Positions 15,492 through 26,500 of a stretch of 64,000 bases of DNA are shown piece by piece (position 1 is the first letter of the stretch; each line of letters begins with the position of its first letter). This DNA is from Bacteroidales bacterium (GTDB taxonomy: Bacteria; Bacteroidota; Bacteroidia; Bacteroidales; UBA10428): positions 17,780-81,779 of the forward strand of contig JAFGTR010000087.1 in the NCBI GenBank assembly GCA_016934055.1, in the 5' to 3' direction. The notes beneath the pieces are model-generated. The model was not told where the DNA came from and made no database searches. It saw only the letters and a program-made list of their open reading frames with translations. A program made the translations under genes and the position numbers.

Positions 15492-16553
15492 TTATCGCAA
15501 ATGTACCAATGTGGCACCAAATCCGTATTCTTTAAAGGAAGCATCCTGGTATGTGTATTCAGGATAACTTCTCCTGAGTTCATTTCGAAGCTCGAGTTTC
15601 AGAGTGCCATTTCCAACACCATGTATAAAGACAATTCTCTTTGCCTTATTACTTATGGCTTCATCAAGCGCCGACCTGAAACGGTTCATTTGTATCTTAA
15701 GGATTTCGCCGTTTGATAACTGGGAGTGATCTTCAAGAAGAGTTTCAATATGCAAGTCAACTTCCATGCTATCCGGTTTTTTAAGATCAGGCTTTTTCTT
15801 CTGCATTAAAGAATTTAAACCTTCAGAAAGCTCATCAGACCTTAGATCAATTGTTTTCTTTTGATGCAAGGCTTCGGTTTTGAAATCTCCAAGAATCAGT
15901 GCTTCTTCATCAAAATATTCATTTTCTCCGTAAATATGATGTTTCCTGAAATCATAACGTGAAATATCAACTTCTTCATTTATGGGCGTCCTTTTAAAAT
16001 ACTGACCACCACATACTGCCAATGCCTGAATATGAAAAGCAGAGATCATGCCCAGCCTGGTCTGATTAAAATCTGCCAGGAAACATTTTGTGTCAGGCTC
16101 TACCTCACCACTGTGCAGATAAAAATGCTTTCCTTCCTTTTGATAACCAACCATGTAATATATATAATAACGGCTGTCATTAATCAGGTAACAGTTTATA
16201 GCTGTATTAAAAACAGCGTTGATATCTTCAGGAACCAGTCCGAGCAGGAGTTTAATCTGTGTGTCAGAAGGCAATCCTTCAGGCAATCTGGCTTTTACAT
16301 TTGTTTTTATTTCTGCAGGTTGCAAATGGTGAACCTTTGTCTTATCTGCCTTTGCGATATCATTTTCTGCAAATATGTTTTCATCAGGTGTGAAGGTTGC
16401 ACCAGACTGAAGGATAAGCTCTCCGGGCAAAACCGGTATCTCAAAACCATCCCCGGTCATTACGTAAACGTAACCCTTTTCCTCTATGCGGGTGACTTTG
16501 CCACCTCCGGTATCATTCAAAAACCTGACAATATCACCAACATTAAATTTCAT
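15492..16553 (-). CDS. Smr (MutS2 C-terminal-like) domain protein with DUF2027-like N-terminal region
   Basis: C-terminal VDLHIETLL...RIVFIHGVGNGTLKLELRNELR is the Smr nuclease domain signature. 353 aa. Confidence 0.75.
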   Translation of the reverse strand: MKFNVGDIVRFLNDTGGGKVTRIEEKGYVYVMTGDGFEIPVLPGELILQSGATFTPDENIFAENDIAKADKTKVHHLQPAEIKTNVKARLPEGLPSDTQIKLLLGLVPEDINAVFNTAINCYLINDSRYYIYYMVGYQKEGKHFYLHSGEVEPDTKCFLADFNQTRLGMISAFHIQALAVCGGQYFKRTPINEEVDISRYDFRKHHIYGENEYFDEEALILGDFKTEALHQKKTIDLRSDELSEGLNSLMQKKKPDLKKPDSMEVDLHIETLLEDHSQLSNGEILKIQMNRFRSALDEAISNKAKRIVFIHGVGNGTLKLELRNELRRSYPEYTYQDASFKEYGFGATLVHLR

Positions 16554-16608
16554 TTTCTCTTTCTTCAGTACAGGGCAAAATTAATTATTTTTGCCGGGAA
16601 TATATATT

Positions 16609-16647
16609 TAAGGTTTGAAGGTTTGAGTAAATCACCAAATCACCAAA
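16609..16647 (+). repeat. tandem 8-mers AAGGTTTG x2 and ATCACCAA x2
   Basis: Read directly. It uses the same CACCAAAT word as family B and lies in the divergent gap between the Smr gene and queA. Confidence 0.6.
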
Positions 16648-16693
16648 TAAAGACCCTGATACGGCATTAATATATAACAAGCTACACGAAAGC

Positions 16694-17908
16694 ATGATTA
16701 AACAATTGCACATCAATGATTTTGATTATAAACTTCCCGAAGAAAGAATTGCCCCATTTCCGGCGGATCAAAGGGATATGTCTAAACTGTTGGTTTACAG
16801 AAAAAAAAAGATAATACCACAGAACAGTTTCAGGCATATTATTCATTATCTTTCAGAAGGCAGTCTTTTGGTTTTTAACAACACACGTGTCATACATGCA
16901 CGTCTTCTCTTTCATAATGCAACAGGAAGTATAACAGAGATCTTTTGTCTCAAACCTGTTGAGCCTGCAGAATATGAAACTGCTTTTAGAAAAAAAGGTG
17001 AGTGTACCTGGGAATGCCTTATCGGCAATCTTAAAAAATGGAAAAATGACGTCATCATAAGGTCTATTCAGCATGAAGAAGGGAATTTTGAATTGGTGGC
17101 AACAAAAGTCTTAAAAACAAACAAAGGTTATCATATAAAATTTGCATGGTCAGATCATGCATTAACTTTTGGAGAGGTCATAGAAAAAGCGGGGATTATT
17201 CCCCTGCCCCCTTATATAAAAAGACAACCCGTTGAAGCAGATTATTCAAGATACCAAACCGTTTATGCGCAGCATGAAGGTTCAGTTGCGGCTCCGACAG
17301 CGGGCCTGCATTTCTCTGAACAAATACTGAAACAACTGCATGACAAAAATATCCATCACACCATGCTGACACTTCATGTAGGTGCCGGGACTTTCCTGCC
17401 TGTAAAATCTGAAACTGTAACCGATCATGTTATGCATGCTGAACAGTTTTCCATTTCACGAAAAACACTTGAAATGCTTTTGGATCATAGCGGTCTCCTG
17501 ACGGCCATAGGCACAACCACGGTCAGATCACTCGAAAGTCTCTATTGGCTTGGTGTAAAAATAAAGAATGACCGGAAGACAATACTCAGGCTCGATCAAT
17601 GGGAACCATACAGAGCCAAAGGCGTCACTGACAAAAAAGAATCACTTGAGAACCTTCTTAAATATACAGACAGATATCATCTCGATGAATTGACGGTTTC
17701 AACAAGCCTTATGATAATACCGGGATATAAGTTTAGTCTTGTTGATCAGCTGGTAACCAATTTTCATCAACCCAGAAGCACTTTATTGCTGCTGGTGGCA
17801 GCTTTTATCGGAGAGGACTGGAAAAAAGTATATGAATATGCGCTTGAGCATGATTTTCGATTTTTGAGTTATGGCGATAGTTCGCTTCTGATTCCTGGGT
17901 TTCATTAA
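16694..17908 (+). CDS. queA: S-adenosylmethionine:tRNA ribosyltransferase-isomerase
   Basis: LVFNNTRVI, PLPPYIKR, VAAPTAGLHF, HVGAGTF, GTTTVRSLES, VTNFHQPRSTLL and FLSYGD motifs. Confidence 0.9.
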   Translation: MIKQLHINDFDYKLPEERIAPFPADQRDMSKLLVYRKKKIIPQNSFRHIIHYLSEGSLLVFNNTRVIHARLLFHNATGSITEIFCLKPVEPAEYETAFRKKGECTWECLIGNLKKWKNDVIIRSIQHEEGNFELVATKVLKTNKGYHIKFAWSDHALTFGEVIEKAGIIPLPPYIKRQPVEADYSRYQTVYAQHEGSVAAPTAGLHFSEQILKQLHDKNIHHTMLTLHVGAGTFLPVKSETVTDHVMHAEQFSISRKTLEMLLDHSGLLTAIGTTTVRSLESLYWLGVKIKNDRKTILRLDQWEPYRAKGVTDKKESLENLLKYTDRYHLDELTVSTSLMIIPGYKFSLVDQLVTNFHQPRSTLLLLVAAFIGEDWKKVYEYALEHDFRFLSYGDSSLLIPGFH

Positions 17909-17916
17909 TAATCCAG

Positions 17917-18942
17917 CTATAACAATGCTTTCAGCGTTTCAGCAAAATCGTTGATATCTTCTTCAAGTGTGTCATATGAAGTCATCCACCTGACTTCCGA
18001 TTTTTCTTCATCCCATACATAGAAGAAATACTTATCCTGCAATGGCTTTATCGTATCTTTCGGGATTATGGCAAAAATACCGTTGGCTTGCACAGGTTGT
18101 GTAATTGTAACACCCGTAAGCACAGACACTTTATCATAAAGCAATTTAGCCATCCGGTTTGCATGCAATGCATTTGATTTCCATATACCATTCTCAAGAT
18201 AAGGGATAAACTGTGCTGAAATGAAACGCATTTTGGAAGCAAGCTGCATGCCCTGCTTTCGGATATATTTAAACTCTTCCGCTAATTCTGGCCTCAGAAA
18301 AATAACGGCTTCTCCGAACAGCATGCCATTTTTAGTGCCTCCAAATGAAAGGACATCCACACCAGCTTCTGTTGTTATTTCTTTAAAGGAAGAATTCAAA
18401 GTGACAGCAGCGTTGGCAAGTCTTGCTCCGTCCATGTGCAACAACATTTTATTTGAATGGGCAAAATCAGCCAGTTCTTTTATTTCGTATGCCTTGTAAA
18501 CAGTTCCTAATTCAGTTGTCTGGCTGATTGAAATTACACATGGCTGAACATGATGCTCAAAACCTAAACCGTGCAGGTGGGGTTTTATCAAAGCAGGTTT
18601 CAGCTTACCATCCGGTGTGCTTATGGTTAATAATTTGCAACCGGTATATTTTTCCGGCGCACCACACTCATCAACTTCAATATGAGCGGTGGAGGAACAG
18701 ATAACGGCGTTGTGCGGATATGTGAGAGCTGCCAGAGACAAAACATTGGCTCCTGTACCGGTCAGAACAAAAAAGACCTCAGCCTTTTCTCCAAAATGCT
18801 CTTTTAGCAGTTCTTTTGCCCGGTATGTGTACAGATCATCACCGTATGCTATTACGTGTCCTTCATTTGCTTTTGTTAAAGCATCAAGCAAGGCAGGATG
18901 AATACCTGCATTGTTGTCGCTGGCAAATCCTCTTTTCTTCAT
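17917..18942 (-). CDS. ltaE: low-specificity L-threonine aldolase (beta-eliminating lyase family)
   Basis: FASDNNAGIHPALLDAL N-terminus, with GGTKNG containing the PLP lysine. 341 aa. Confidence 0.8.
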   Translation of the reverse strand: MKKRGFASDNNAGIHPALLDALTKANEGHVIAYGDDLYTYRAKELLKEHFGEKAEVFFVLTGTGANVLSLAALTYPHNAVICSSTAHIEVDECGAPEKYTGCKLLTISTPDGKLKPALIKPHLHGLGFEHHVQPCVISISQTTELGTVYKAYEIKELADFAHSNKMLLHMDGARLANAAVTLNSSFKEITTEAGVDVLSFGGTKNGMLFGEAVIFLRPELAEEFKYIRKQGMQLASKMRFISAQFIPYLENGIWKSNALHANRMAKLLYDKVSVLTGVTITQPVQANGIFAIIPKDTIKPLQDKYFFYVWDEEKSEVRWMTSYDTLEEDINDFAETLKALL

Positions 18943-19056
18943 AATGTTGTTTTTTTCCTGTCAAATTAAATAATTTTTCATTGTTTGGAACAAAAGTGAA
19001 AATTTTCTTCAACAGAACCTTTTTTAAAAGAAATTGTTATTATCAATAAAAGCAAT

Positions 19057-19536
19057 ATGAAAATCATCATTCTGTTAACAATATTCGCTCTCTACGAAAA
19101 TATAAACCATTCAGGAATTCCTGTGGTTGACTTTGATACATTTGAGCCAAGATTGCATCTAAAAAATGACACAACCTATGTTATAAATTTCTGGGCCAGT
19201 TGGTGTTTACCATGCCGTGAGGAATTGCCTGATCTTGAAAAACTTCACAGAAGCTATTATACCAAAAAGGTGAAAGTTATACTCGTAAGCCTTGATATGC
19301 CCGATCAGATCGAAAGCCGGCTGGTACCTTTTCTCGAAAAGAACAATATCACTGCTCCAACAATATTACTGGATGATCCTGACTTTAACAGATGGATTAA
19401 TAAAATCGATAACACATGGGGAGGTGCCATACCCGCTACTCTTATATACAACAAAGAGGGAAGAGTATTTCTGAACAGAAAAACTCATTATGAAGAACTT
19501 GAAAATATTATTCAATCTAATACAATAAAGCCATGA
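19057..19536 (+). CDS. TlpA-like thiol-disulfide oxidoreductase
   Basis: NFWASWCLPCREELPDL (thioredoxin-fold CxxC). Signal/anchor N-terminus. Confidence 0.8.
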   Translation: MKIIILLTIFALYENINHSGIPVVDFDTFEPRLHLKNDTTYVINFWASWCLPCREELPDLEKLHRSYYTKKVKVILVSLDMPDQIESRLVPFLEKNNITAPTILLDDPDFNRWINKIDNTWGGAIPATLIYNKEGRVFLNRKTHYEELENIIQSNTIKP

Positions 19537-20138
19537 AAAAGTTAGTATTGACCAGTTTGCTGGGAACATTATTCGTGACAACACTGCTTGCCGACGGATA
19601 CAAACCCGGTGACAAAGCATCTGATTTCAGGCTTATGAACATTGACGGCCAATATATAAGTCTGAATGATTACAAATCTGCAAAGGGATTTGTCATTGTA
19701 TTTACCTGTAATCATTGTCCTTATGCACAAGCTTACCAGGAGAGGTTAATAGCCATTGATAATCAATACGCATCGAAAGGTTTTCCGGTTATAGCCATTA
19801 ATCCTAATGATCCTGACGTATCACCGGGAGATTCCTTTGACGAAATGCAGAAACGTGCCAGGGAAAAGAAATACCCCTTTCCATATCTTTTTGATGAAAC
19901 ACAGGAAGTATATAAGATGTACGGTGCTGAAAGAACGCCTCATGTATTCCTGCTAAAAAAGGAAGAAAATGATTTCATTGTCAAATATATAGGCGCTATC
20001 GATGACAACTATAAGGATGCAACACTGGTAACTAAAAAATATCTGGAAAACGCGATTGAAGCTGTTTTATCCGGGCAATCCCCGGAACCTTCACACACTA
20101 AGGCAATTGGTTGTTCGATAAAGACAAAAAAACAATAG
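19533..20138 (+). CDS. thioredoxin-fold (redoxin/AhpC-TSA-like) protein
   Basis: FTCNHCPYAQ CxxC motif and a signal peptide. Its start overlaps the previous stop (ATGA). Confidence 0.75.
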   Translation: MKKLVLTSLLGTLFVTTLLADGYKPGDKASDFRLMNIDGQYISLNDYKSAKGFVIVFTCNHCPYAQAYQERLIAIDNQYASKGFPVIAINPNDPDVSPGDSFDEMQKRAREKKYPFPYLFDETQEVYKMYGAERTPHVFLLKKEENDFIVKYIGAIDDNYKDATLVTKKYLENAIEAVLSGQSPEPSHTKAIGCSIKTKKQ

Positions 20139-20139
20139 T

Positions 20140-23082
20140 TCATACCAAAGCCTCATACAGAACCTGAACCGGATGCAGGGCATTAACATTTGTTCCATCC
20201 TTAATCTGATCGCGACAACTGGTTCCGGGAGCGACGATAATGGTATCTTTACTGCTTTGGCGGATTTCAGGAAAAAGAACGAGCTCTCCAATTTTCATTG
20301 AAAGGTCGTAATGTCTTTTTTCAAAACCATAGGCTCCTGCCATACCACAACAACCCGACTTTATTTCTTCTACCTTATAATTGGCCGGTATTGAAAGCAT
20401 TTTTTGAGTGTGAATGGTTGAAGTAATGGCTTTCTGCTGACAATGCCCATGAAACTTTATTGACTTTTCTTCTTTGGTAAATATATCCCTGTCAATCCGA
20501 CCGGCTTCATATTCATTTGCCAGAAACTCATCGATAAGCATACATTTTGGAGCCAGTTTACATGCGGTTTCATGAAGATCAGCATCAACGAGATCAGGAT
20601 ATTCATCACGGAAGGCCAGAATGGCTGATGGTTCGATGCCTACAACAGCAATCTCTTGTTCAGCAAAACGGCTGAAAGCCCTGATATTGTGATTTGCTAT
20701 CTTTTTTGCCTGGCGCAGCAATCCCTTTGAAAGATAAGTTCTGCCGCTTTCCATATGTTTGACAACATGAATTTTGTAACCGAGTCTGTTTAACAGCTTA
20801 ACGGTGGTGATCCCAATTTCACTTTCAAGGTAGTTGGTAAATTCATCAATGAATAAAACAACATCCTTAACCGAATCATTTGAATCTAAACCTGCATTAA
20901 TTCTGTCAAGATTTTTCTTTAACCATCTGCGAAATGAAGTCCGCGATAATAGGGGTACTGTACGTTGCTGGGCAAAGCCCATGATTTTCTTTAACAACCA
21001 TGCACCTGGTTTCATTTTCAAAAATCCGTTATACAGAAAAGGGACAACAGAAAATACTTTCTGTATTTTGGCAAGGTTGGCAATGAGCCAGGCCGTATAA
21101 GGAACACCTTTCTTATCATAATAGTGCTGAAGGAATTCTGCTTTCAACTTGGCCATATCAACATTTGAAGGACATTCTGACTTACAGCCTTTGCAGGAAA
21201 GGCATAAATCGAGTATTTCCTTCACTGTCTCAATATTAACGGGATTAGTCTTAACCGGATTGGTAAGATACTCCCGTAATGCATTAGCCCTTGCCCTTGT
21301 GGTTGTTTTCTCCTCCCGTGAAGCCTGGTAGCTTGGACACATGGTGCCGCCCATAAGGGCTGATTTTCTGCAATCACCTGATCCGTTGCACATTTCGGCC
21401 ATGCGCAACATGCCTTGCGTGGATGAAAAATCAAAAATCGTTTCAAATTCCCTTGTGATTTTGCCCGGTTCATAACGCAGGTTGGTATCCATAGGCGGGG
21501 TATTGACAATCTTTCCCGCATTAAAAATATTATCCGGATCCCACTTTTCTTTCAATTCCTTCATCAACTGGTAATTCTTCATGCCAACTATAATCGGGAT
21601 GAATTCACCACGCAACCTCCCGTCTCCATGTTCTCCGCTTAATGAGCCCCGGTATTTCTTAACAAGGTGAGCTACCTCTTCACCGACTTTTCTGAAAAGC
21701 TGGACATCCTTTTCGTCCTTGAGATTCAAAATAGGGCGAAGGTGAAGTTCGCCCGTTGCAATGTGGGCATGGTATACGCAACTCAGATTGTAGGAAGCCA
21801 TAATATCTTTGAACTCTTTTATGTAATCAGGCAGGAGTTCAGGTTTTACCGCAGTGTCTTCTACCAGAGATACCGGTTTTGCATCACCAGGTATGTTGGT
21901 CAGAACCCCCAGTCCCGCCTTGCGGAGTGCCCAAACCTTATTAATATCATCACCGGTGATCAGCGGAAAATGGTAACCGTAACCTGCAGCAGTAAGATCC
22001 TGAATGATTTTATCCCTGAGATTCTGTATCTCTTCCATCGAATCGCGAGCAAATTCAACGATGATTATAGCGCCCGGATCTCCTTGTATGAAAAACCTGT
22101 TTTTACGTTGTTCTATGTTGGCTTTTGTACGTTCGAGGATATTGTCATCCATCAGCTCAATAGCGCCCGGTTTGTATTTCAGGCATATAAGATTGGCTTG
22201 CAGGGCATCTTCCAGGGTATTGAGGTGCACGCATATCAATCCTTTATGCTTTGGCGGCAATGGTACCAGATTAAGTTTTATTTCCGTGATCAAGGCAAGG
22301 GTCCCTTCTGACCCGGCTATCAGCTTACTGAAATTAAAAGGCTTATCATTACCCGTAAATGGCTCGGTTTCTAGCAGTAGGTCAAGGGCATATCCCGAAT
22401 TCCTGCGTTCCAGGGAAGAATCGGGAAATTCATTTCGTATCTCTTCCTGGTTAGATGACTCAGATAATACCTCATATATATGCTTATATAACCGGCTTTC
22501 AAGGTTAATCCCCTCTGTTTTGAGAAAGAATGCCTTTTTGTCAAGTGGTTTAAACTCAACCTCTGATCCGTCGCTTAACAAGGTTCTTACACTTATCAGA
22601 TGATCACGGGTACTGCCATAGATCAATGAATGAGCACCACAGGCATTGTTGCCCACCATGCCGGCTATCATACAACGATTCGACGTGGAGGTTTCAGGGC
22701 TGAAAAACAGCCCGTAAGGTTTAAGGTAAAGGTTAAGCTCATCCAAAACCACACCGGGTTGAACCCTTACCCAGCTTTCGTGCTCATTAAATTCAATGAT
22801 GTCATTCATATATCGCGACACATCAACCACAATACCATTACCAACGACCTGCCCTGCCAAAGAAGTACCGGCTGTACGCGGGATAAGCGTAAGCTTGTTT
22901 ATCCTGGCAAAGTCAATAAGCTTTTTAATATCATCTGTATTCTTCGGCCTGGCAACAGCAACCGGTAATTCTTTGTATGCTGAGGCATCGGTTGCATAAA
23001 GTGTACGTGTAATATAATCATCATATACATCGCCCTGCAATGATTGCGCAAGTTCTTTCAGCGCTGTGTTGTTCTTCCCCAT
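20140..23082 (-). CDS. FAD-binding oxidase fused to 4Fe-4S and CCG (GlcF-like) domains; YdiJ-type 2-hydroxyacid dehydrogenase family
   Basis: 980 aa. N-terminal FAD_binding_4 region (PRTAGTSLAGQ), central CxxCxxCxxxCP ferredoxin motif (CLSCKGCKSECP) and C-terminal Cys-rich CCG repeats (SGCCGMAG). Confidence 0.8.
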   Translation of the reverse strand: MGKNNTALKELAQSLQGDVYDDYITRTLYATDASAYKELPVAVARPKNTDDIKKLIDFARINKLTLIPRTAGTSLAGQVVGNGIVVDVSRYMNDIIEFNEHESWVRVQPGVVLDELNLYLKPYGLFFSPETSTSNRCMIAGMVGNNACGAHSLIYGSTRDHLISVRTLLSDGSEVEFKPLDKKAFFLKTEGINLESRLYKHIYEVLSESSNQEEIRNEFPDSSLERRNSGYALDLLLETEPFTGNDKPFNFSKLIAGSEGTLALITEIKLNLVPLPPKHKGLICVHLNTLEDALQANLICLKYKPGAIELMDDNILERTKANIEQRKNRFFIQGDPGAIIIVEFARDSMEEIQNLRDKIIQDLTAAGYGYHFPLITGDDINKVWALRKAGLGVLTNIPGDAKPVSLVEDTAVKPELLPDYIKEFKDIMASYNLSCVYHAHIATGELHLRPILNLKDEKDVQLFRKVGEEVAHLVKKYRGSLSGEHGDGRLRGEFIPIIVGMKNYQLMKELKEKWDPDNIFNAGKIVNTPPMDTNLRYEPGKITREFETIFDFSSTQGMLRMAEMCNGSGDCRKSALMGGTMCPSYQASREEKTTTRARANALREYLTNPVKTNPVNIETVKEILDLCLSCKGCKSECPSNVDMAKLKAEFLQHYYDKKGVPYTAWLIANLAKIQKVFSVVPFLYNGFLKMKPGAWLLKKIMGFAQQRTVPLLSRTSFRRWLKKNLDRINAGLDSNDSVKDVVLFIDEFTNYLESEIGITTVKLLNRLGYKIHVVKHMESGRTYLSKGLLRQAKKIANHNIRAFSRFAEQEIAVVGIEPSAILAFRDEYPDLVDADLHETACKLAPKCMLIDEFLANEYEAGRIDRDIFTKEEKSIKFHGHCQQKAITSTIHTQKMLSIPANYKVEEIKSGCCGMAGAYGFEKRHYDLSMKIGELVLFPEIRQSSKDTIIVAPGTSCRDQIKDGTNVNALHPVQVLYEALV

Positions 23083-23527
23083 CGGACTGAATTGTAATGA
23101 ATTTGGAATTTAATGAAATACTTTAAAAAAGATACAAATCTAATGAAATCGAAAATATAAACTAATAATGATGCTGACTGAAAATTATATAAATCAACGG
23201 GAAATTCAATTATAACAAAACAATACATAGAGGCTGTTACAGATTTGTTATAATGCACATCAGGTGTTTAATACATGCCAGTTACAAGATGCCACGCGCC
23301 ATTGGGAAAATGATATTTTACAGTGCTCGGGTAATTGCTTTACTTTAATATGCCAGGGAAAAGGAATATGCCTGTTGTGTCAGGAAATTTTAGGTTTATA
23401 ATAGGTTTAAAACTCCAACTACTTCGATACCTATCAATGACACATCAGGCTTTCTTTTTTTGTAAGTCAACTGGTGTGTCGTCTACTGGCATCGATATAC
23501 CGCAGTAAATAACCTAAAAAGAAACCT

Positions 23528-26500
23528 ATGAAGAAATTTTTTTTTACAGCCTTGATTGTTGCAGTGTGTTTTCCATTTATCACTGCACAGGTAAGAACCG
23601 TCACAGGCTTGGTCACAGGTGCCGATGATGGCGGTCCTCTTCCCGGAGTTACGGTCGTCGTAAAAGAGACCGGTACCGGTGTGACCACAAACATGGACGG
23701 ACATTACAGTATTGAAGTACCTCCCGGTGGGCTTGTACTTCAATTCAGTTTTGTCGGAATGAAAACCATTGAGATACCAATTGAGGGCAGAACTACGATT
23801 GATGTTGTAATGGAAACAGAGTTCATGGAAATGGATGAAGTTGTTGTTACAGCCCTTGGTATCAGGAGAGAAAAGAAGGCTCTGAACTACAGCACACAGT
23901 CGGTAAAAAACGATATGCTGACCGTGGCAGCTCAGCCAAATGTTACCAATGCTTTGCAGGGCAAAGTGGCCGGTGTATCAATAACGCAATCAAGCGGTAT
24001 GCCGGGGGCCTCAAGTTACATAACTATTCGGGGCGCCACCTCCCTGAGCGGAAATAACCAGCCGCTATATGTTGTTGATGGCATGCCTATTTACTCTGAT
24101 GCAATATTCACTGAACCTACTGATGTTAACAGAGTAACCAATTCTGATGCTTCATCCAGGGCGCTGGACATAAATCCGATGGACATCGAGACAATCGAAG
24201 TGCTGAAAGGACCTGTAGCATCTGCTCTGTATGGCCTTAAAGCCGGAAATGGTGTTGTTCTTATCACAACAAAAAGCGGAAAAGGAATGAAGGAAGGACA
24301 GGGCCTGGTGAGTTATTCAACATCGTATACGACCGATATCGTTACCCGTTTTCCGGAACTCCAAAGTACATATGCACAAGGGGCAGATGGTGTTTTTCAG
24401 GAAGGGACCTCAAGATCATACGGCCCGAAGATAGAAGACCTTGGCACATATGAAGACATCTGGGGAAATACTGTAGAGGGAAAGTTGTATGATAATGTTT
24501 CTCCTTTCTTCCAAAATGGGTTAACCATGACACACGACCTGGGATTTACCAAAGCAGGAGATAACTATAATCTGTATGCCAGCCTGGGTTACACAAGTCA
24601 AAAAGGCGTAATACCCGAAACCGGCATGAAACGTTATACCGGAAAGATCACCGGAGAGTATAAAGTAAGTAAAAAACTTACTGTTGGCGGATCAGCCATG
24701 TATGCCAATATGAATGTTGATAAGATACCCAACGGTTCTAACCTCTCAAATCCGCTCTTTACCGTGTATTATGCTCCCCGCAGTTTTGATATGTGGAATA
24801 ATCCTTATTCCCACGAGGATGATCCATACCAACAGTATCATTACAGGTCAGCCATGGATAATCCACGTTGGTCCATTGCAAACAACGATTTTAATGAGGC
24901 GAATGACCGTCTGATCGGAAATACGCATTTGGAATACAAGCCATGGGAATTTCTCACCATCAGGTACCAAATAGGGGTTGATTTTGTCATTAATAATCAA
25001 AAAGAAGTCTATGAGCTCGGATCAGGGGAAACCGGCGGCCGGACAGATCCGCCAAGCGGAGGTAAGATTACTGATTTTTCATATTTCACCAGAGCATGGA
25101 ATTCTAATGCTTCCGTAACATTAAATAAGAGCTTCGGAGATTTCGGCGTTAACCTTGTTGTTGGACAGGAAACCGATGACAGCTATGCACGTGAAATTAC
25201 CATGTATGGTGAAGGATTTGTGATCGGAGGCTACCATAACATGGCAAACAGCGAGAGTCAGCGTCCTTTTGAAAACACCTACCAGATGCGTACAGCCGGC
25301 ATATACGGCAGCACTACGTTATCATATAAGTCGATACTGTTCCTGTCAGCCACTGCGCGCGAAGATCGAGTTTCCAACCTGGCGAGGGGAAACCGCGATT
25401 TCTTTTATCCGTCAGTAGGAGGATCGTTTGTTTTCAGTGAACTGATGCCTGAGTTCACCAACATTCTTACTTTTGGTAAGATAAGAAGCAGTTATGCCAT
25501 GGTTGGGCAGGCCTATGGAACACCTTATGCCACCCGTAATGTATTTGTGACTTCCGCAACCGGTTATGGAGGATTTCTTCAGGATGGTATCCAGTTTCCC
25601 TTTAACGGTGTTACGGGATTCCAGCATTATTACATCCTTTTCAGCGATGATTTAAGGCCACAGAATACAAAGACCTTCGAGATCGGCGCAGATCTAAGGT
25701 TTCTGCAGGGAAGAATTGGACTTGATTATACTTATTTTCATTCCAATGTAGAAGATCAGATATTTGAGGTTCCCATATCGCCTTCTTCGGGTTATCAGTT
25801 TGAACTCAGAAATGCCGGCGTTCTGAAAAGCACAGGTCATGAAGCAACACTGACACTTGTCCCGGTTAAAACACAATTGTTCACATGGACCATGGAAGCC
25901 AATTTCACAAAATACATCAACACAGTTGAGGAACTGGCTCCGGGCGTTGAAGATATATACCTTGGAGGTTTCACCACACCCAGTATCAGGGCGCTTCAGG
26001 GAGAAACCTATCCTTCTATTTATGGTATCGGTTATGAAAGGGATGAGAGCGGCAGAATTGTTGTACTCGATGACCCCGGCAATCCATATCATGGTATGCC
26101 CCTTGCAACATCAGATGCTATTAAGATTGGAGATGTTCAGCCTGACTTCCTCATCGGATTTAACAGCACATTCACATTTAAGGGAGTCCAGGTAACAGCC
26201 CTGATTGACTGGAAAAGTGGTGGCGAAATGTACTCAGGGAACAACATGCTGGGTGAGCTTTACGGAGCTCTTAAAATTACAGAAGACAGAGAAACTCCGC
26301 TTGTTCTTGATGCCGTAAAGGGATATTATGATGAGAGCGGAGAATTGGTGATTACGGGTGAAAATGACATTGCCATATACCGGAATCAGAACTTCTGGGA
26401 CCGGACACTCAATCCACTGGATGAAGCACATGTTCATGAAACCAGCTATGTGAGGTTTCGTGAATTGTCTGTCGGATATTCGCTTCCCTCAAACTGGTTT

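Noticed and set aside
15213-15583. Three listed ORFs (15213..15464 +, 15221..15583 -, 15245..15490 +) in a GC-rich patch
   Set aside because: They overlap one another and lie inside the RNase P RNA, whose conserved P4 and P1 elements are readable. The GC richness and open frames are by-products of the structured RNA.
16032-16670. 212-aa + strand ORF
   Set aside because: It is antisense to the Smr-domain gene, which has recognisable domain motifs. Its translation is Cys/Ile/Phe-rich with no motif.
21667-22603. Two long + strand ORFs (214 and 199 aa)
   Set aside because: Both lie inside and antisense to the 980-aa FAD/Fe-S oxidoreductase gene. No motifs are present, and this is typical shadow-ORF behaviour in a long gene.
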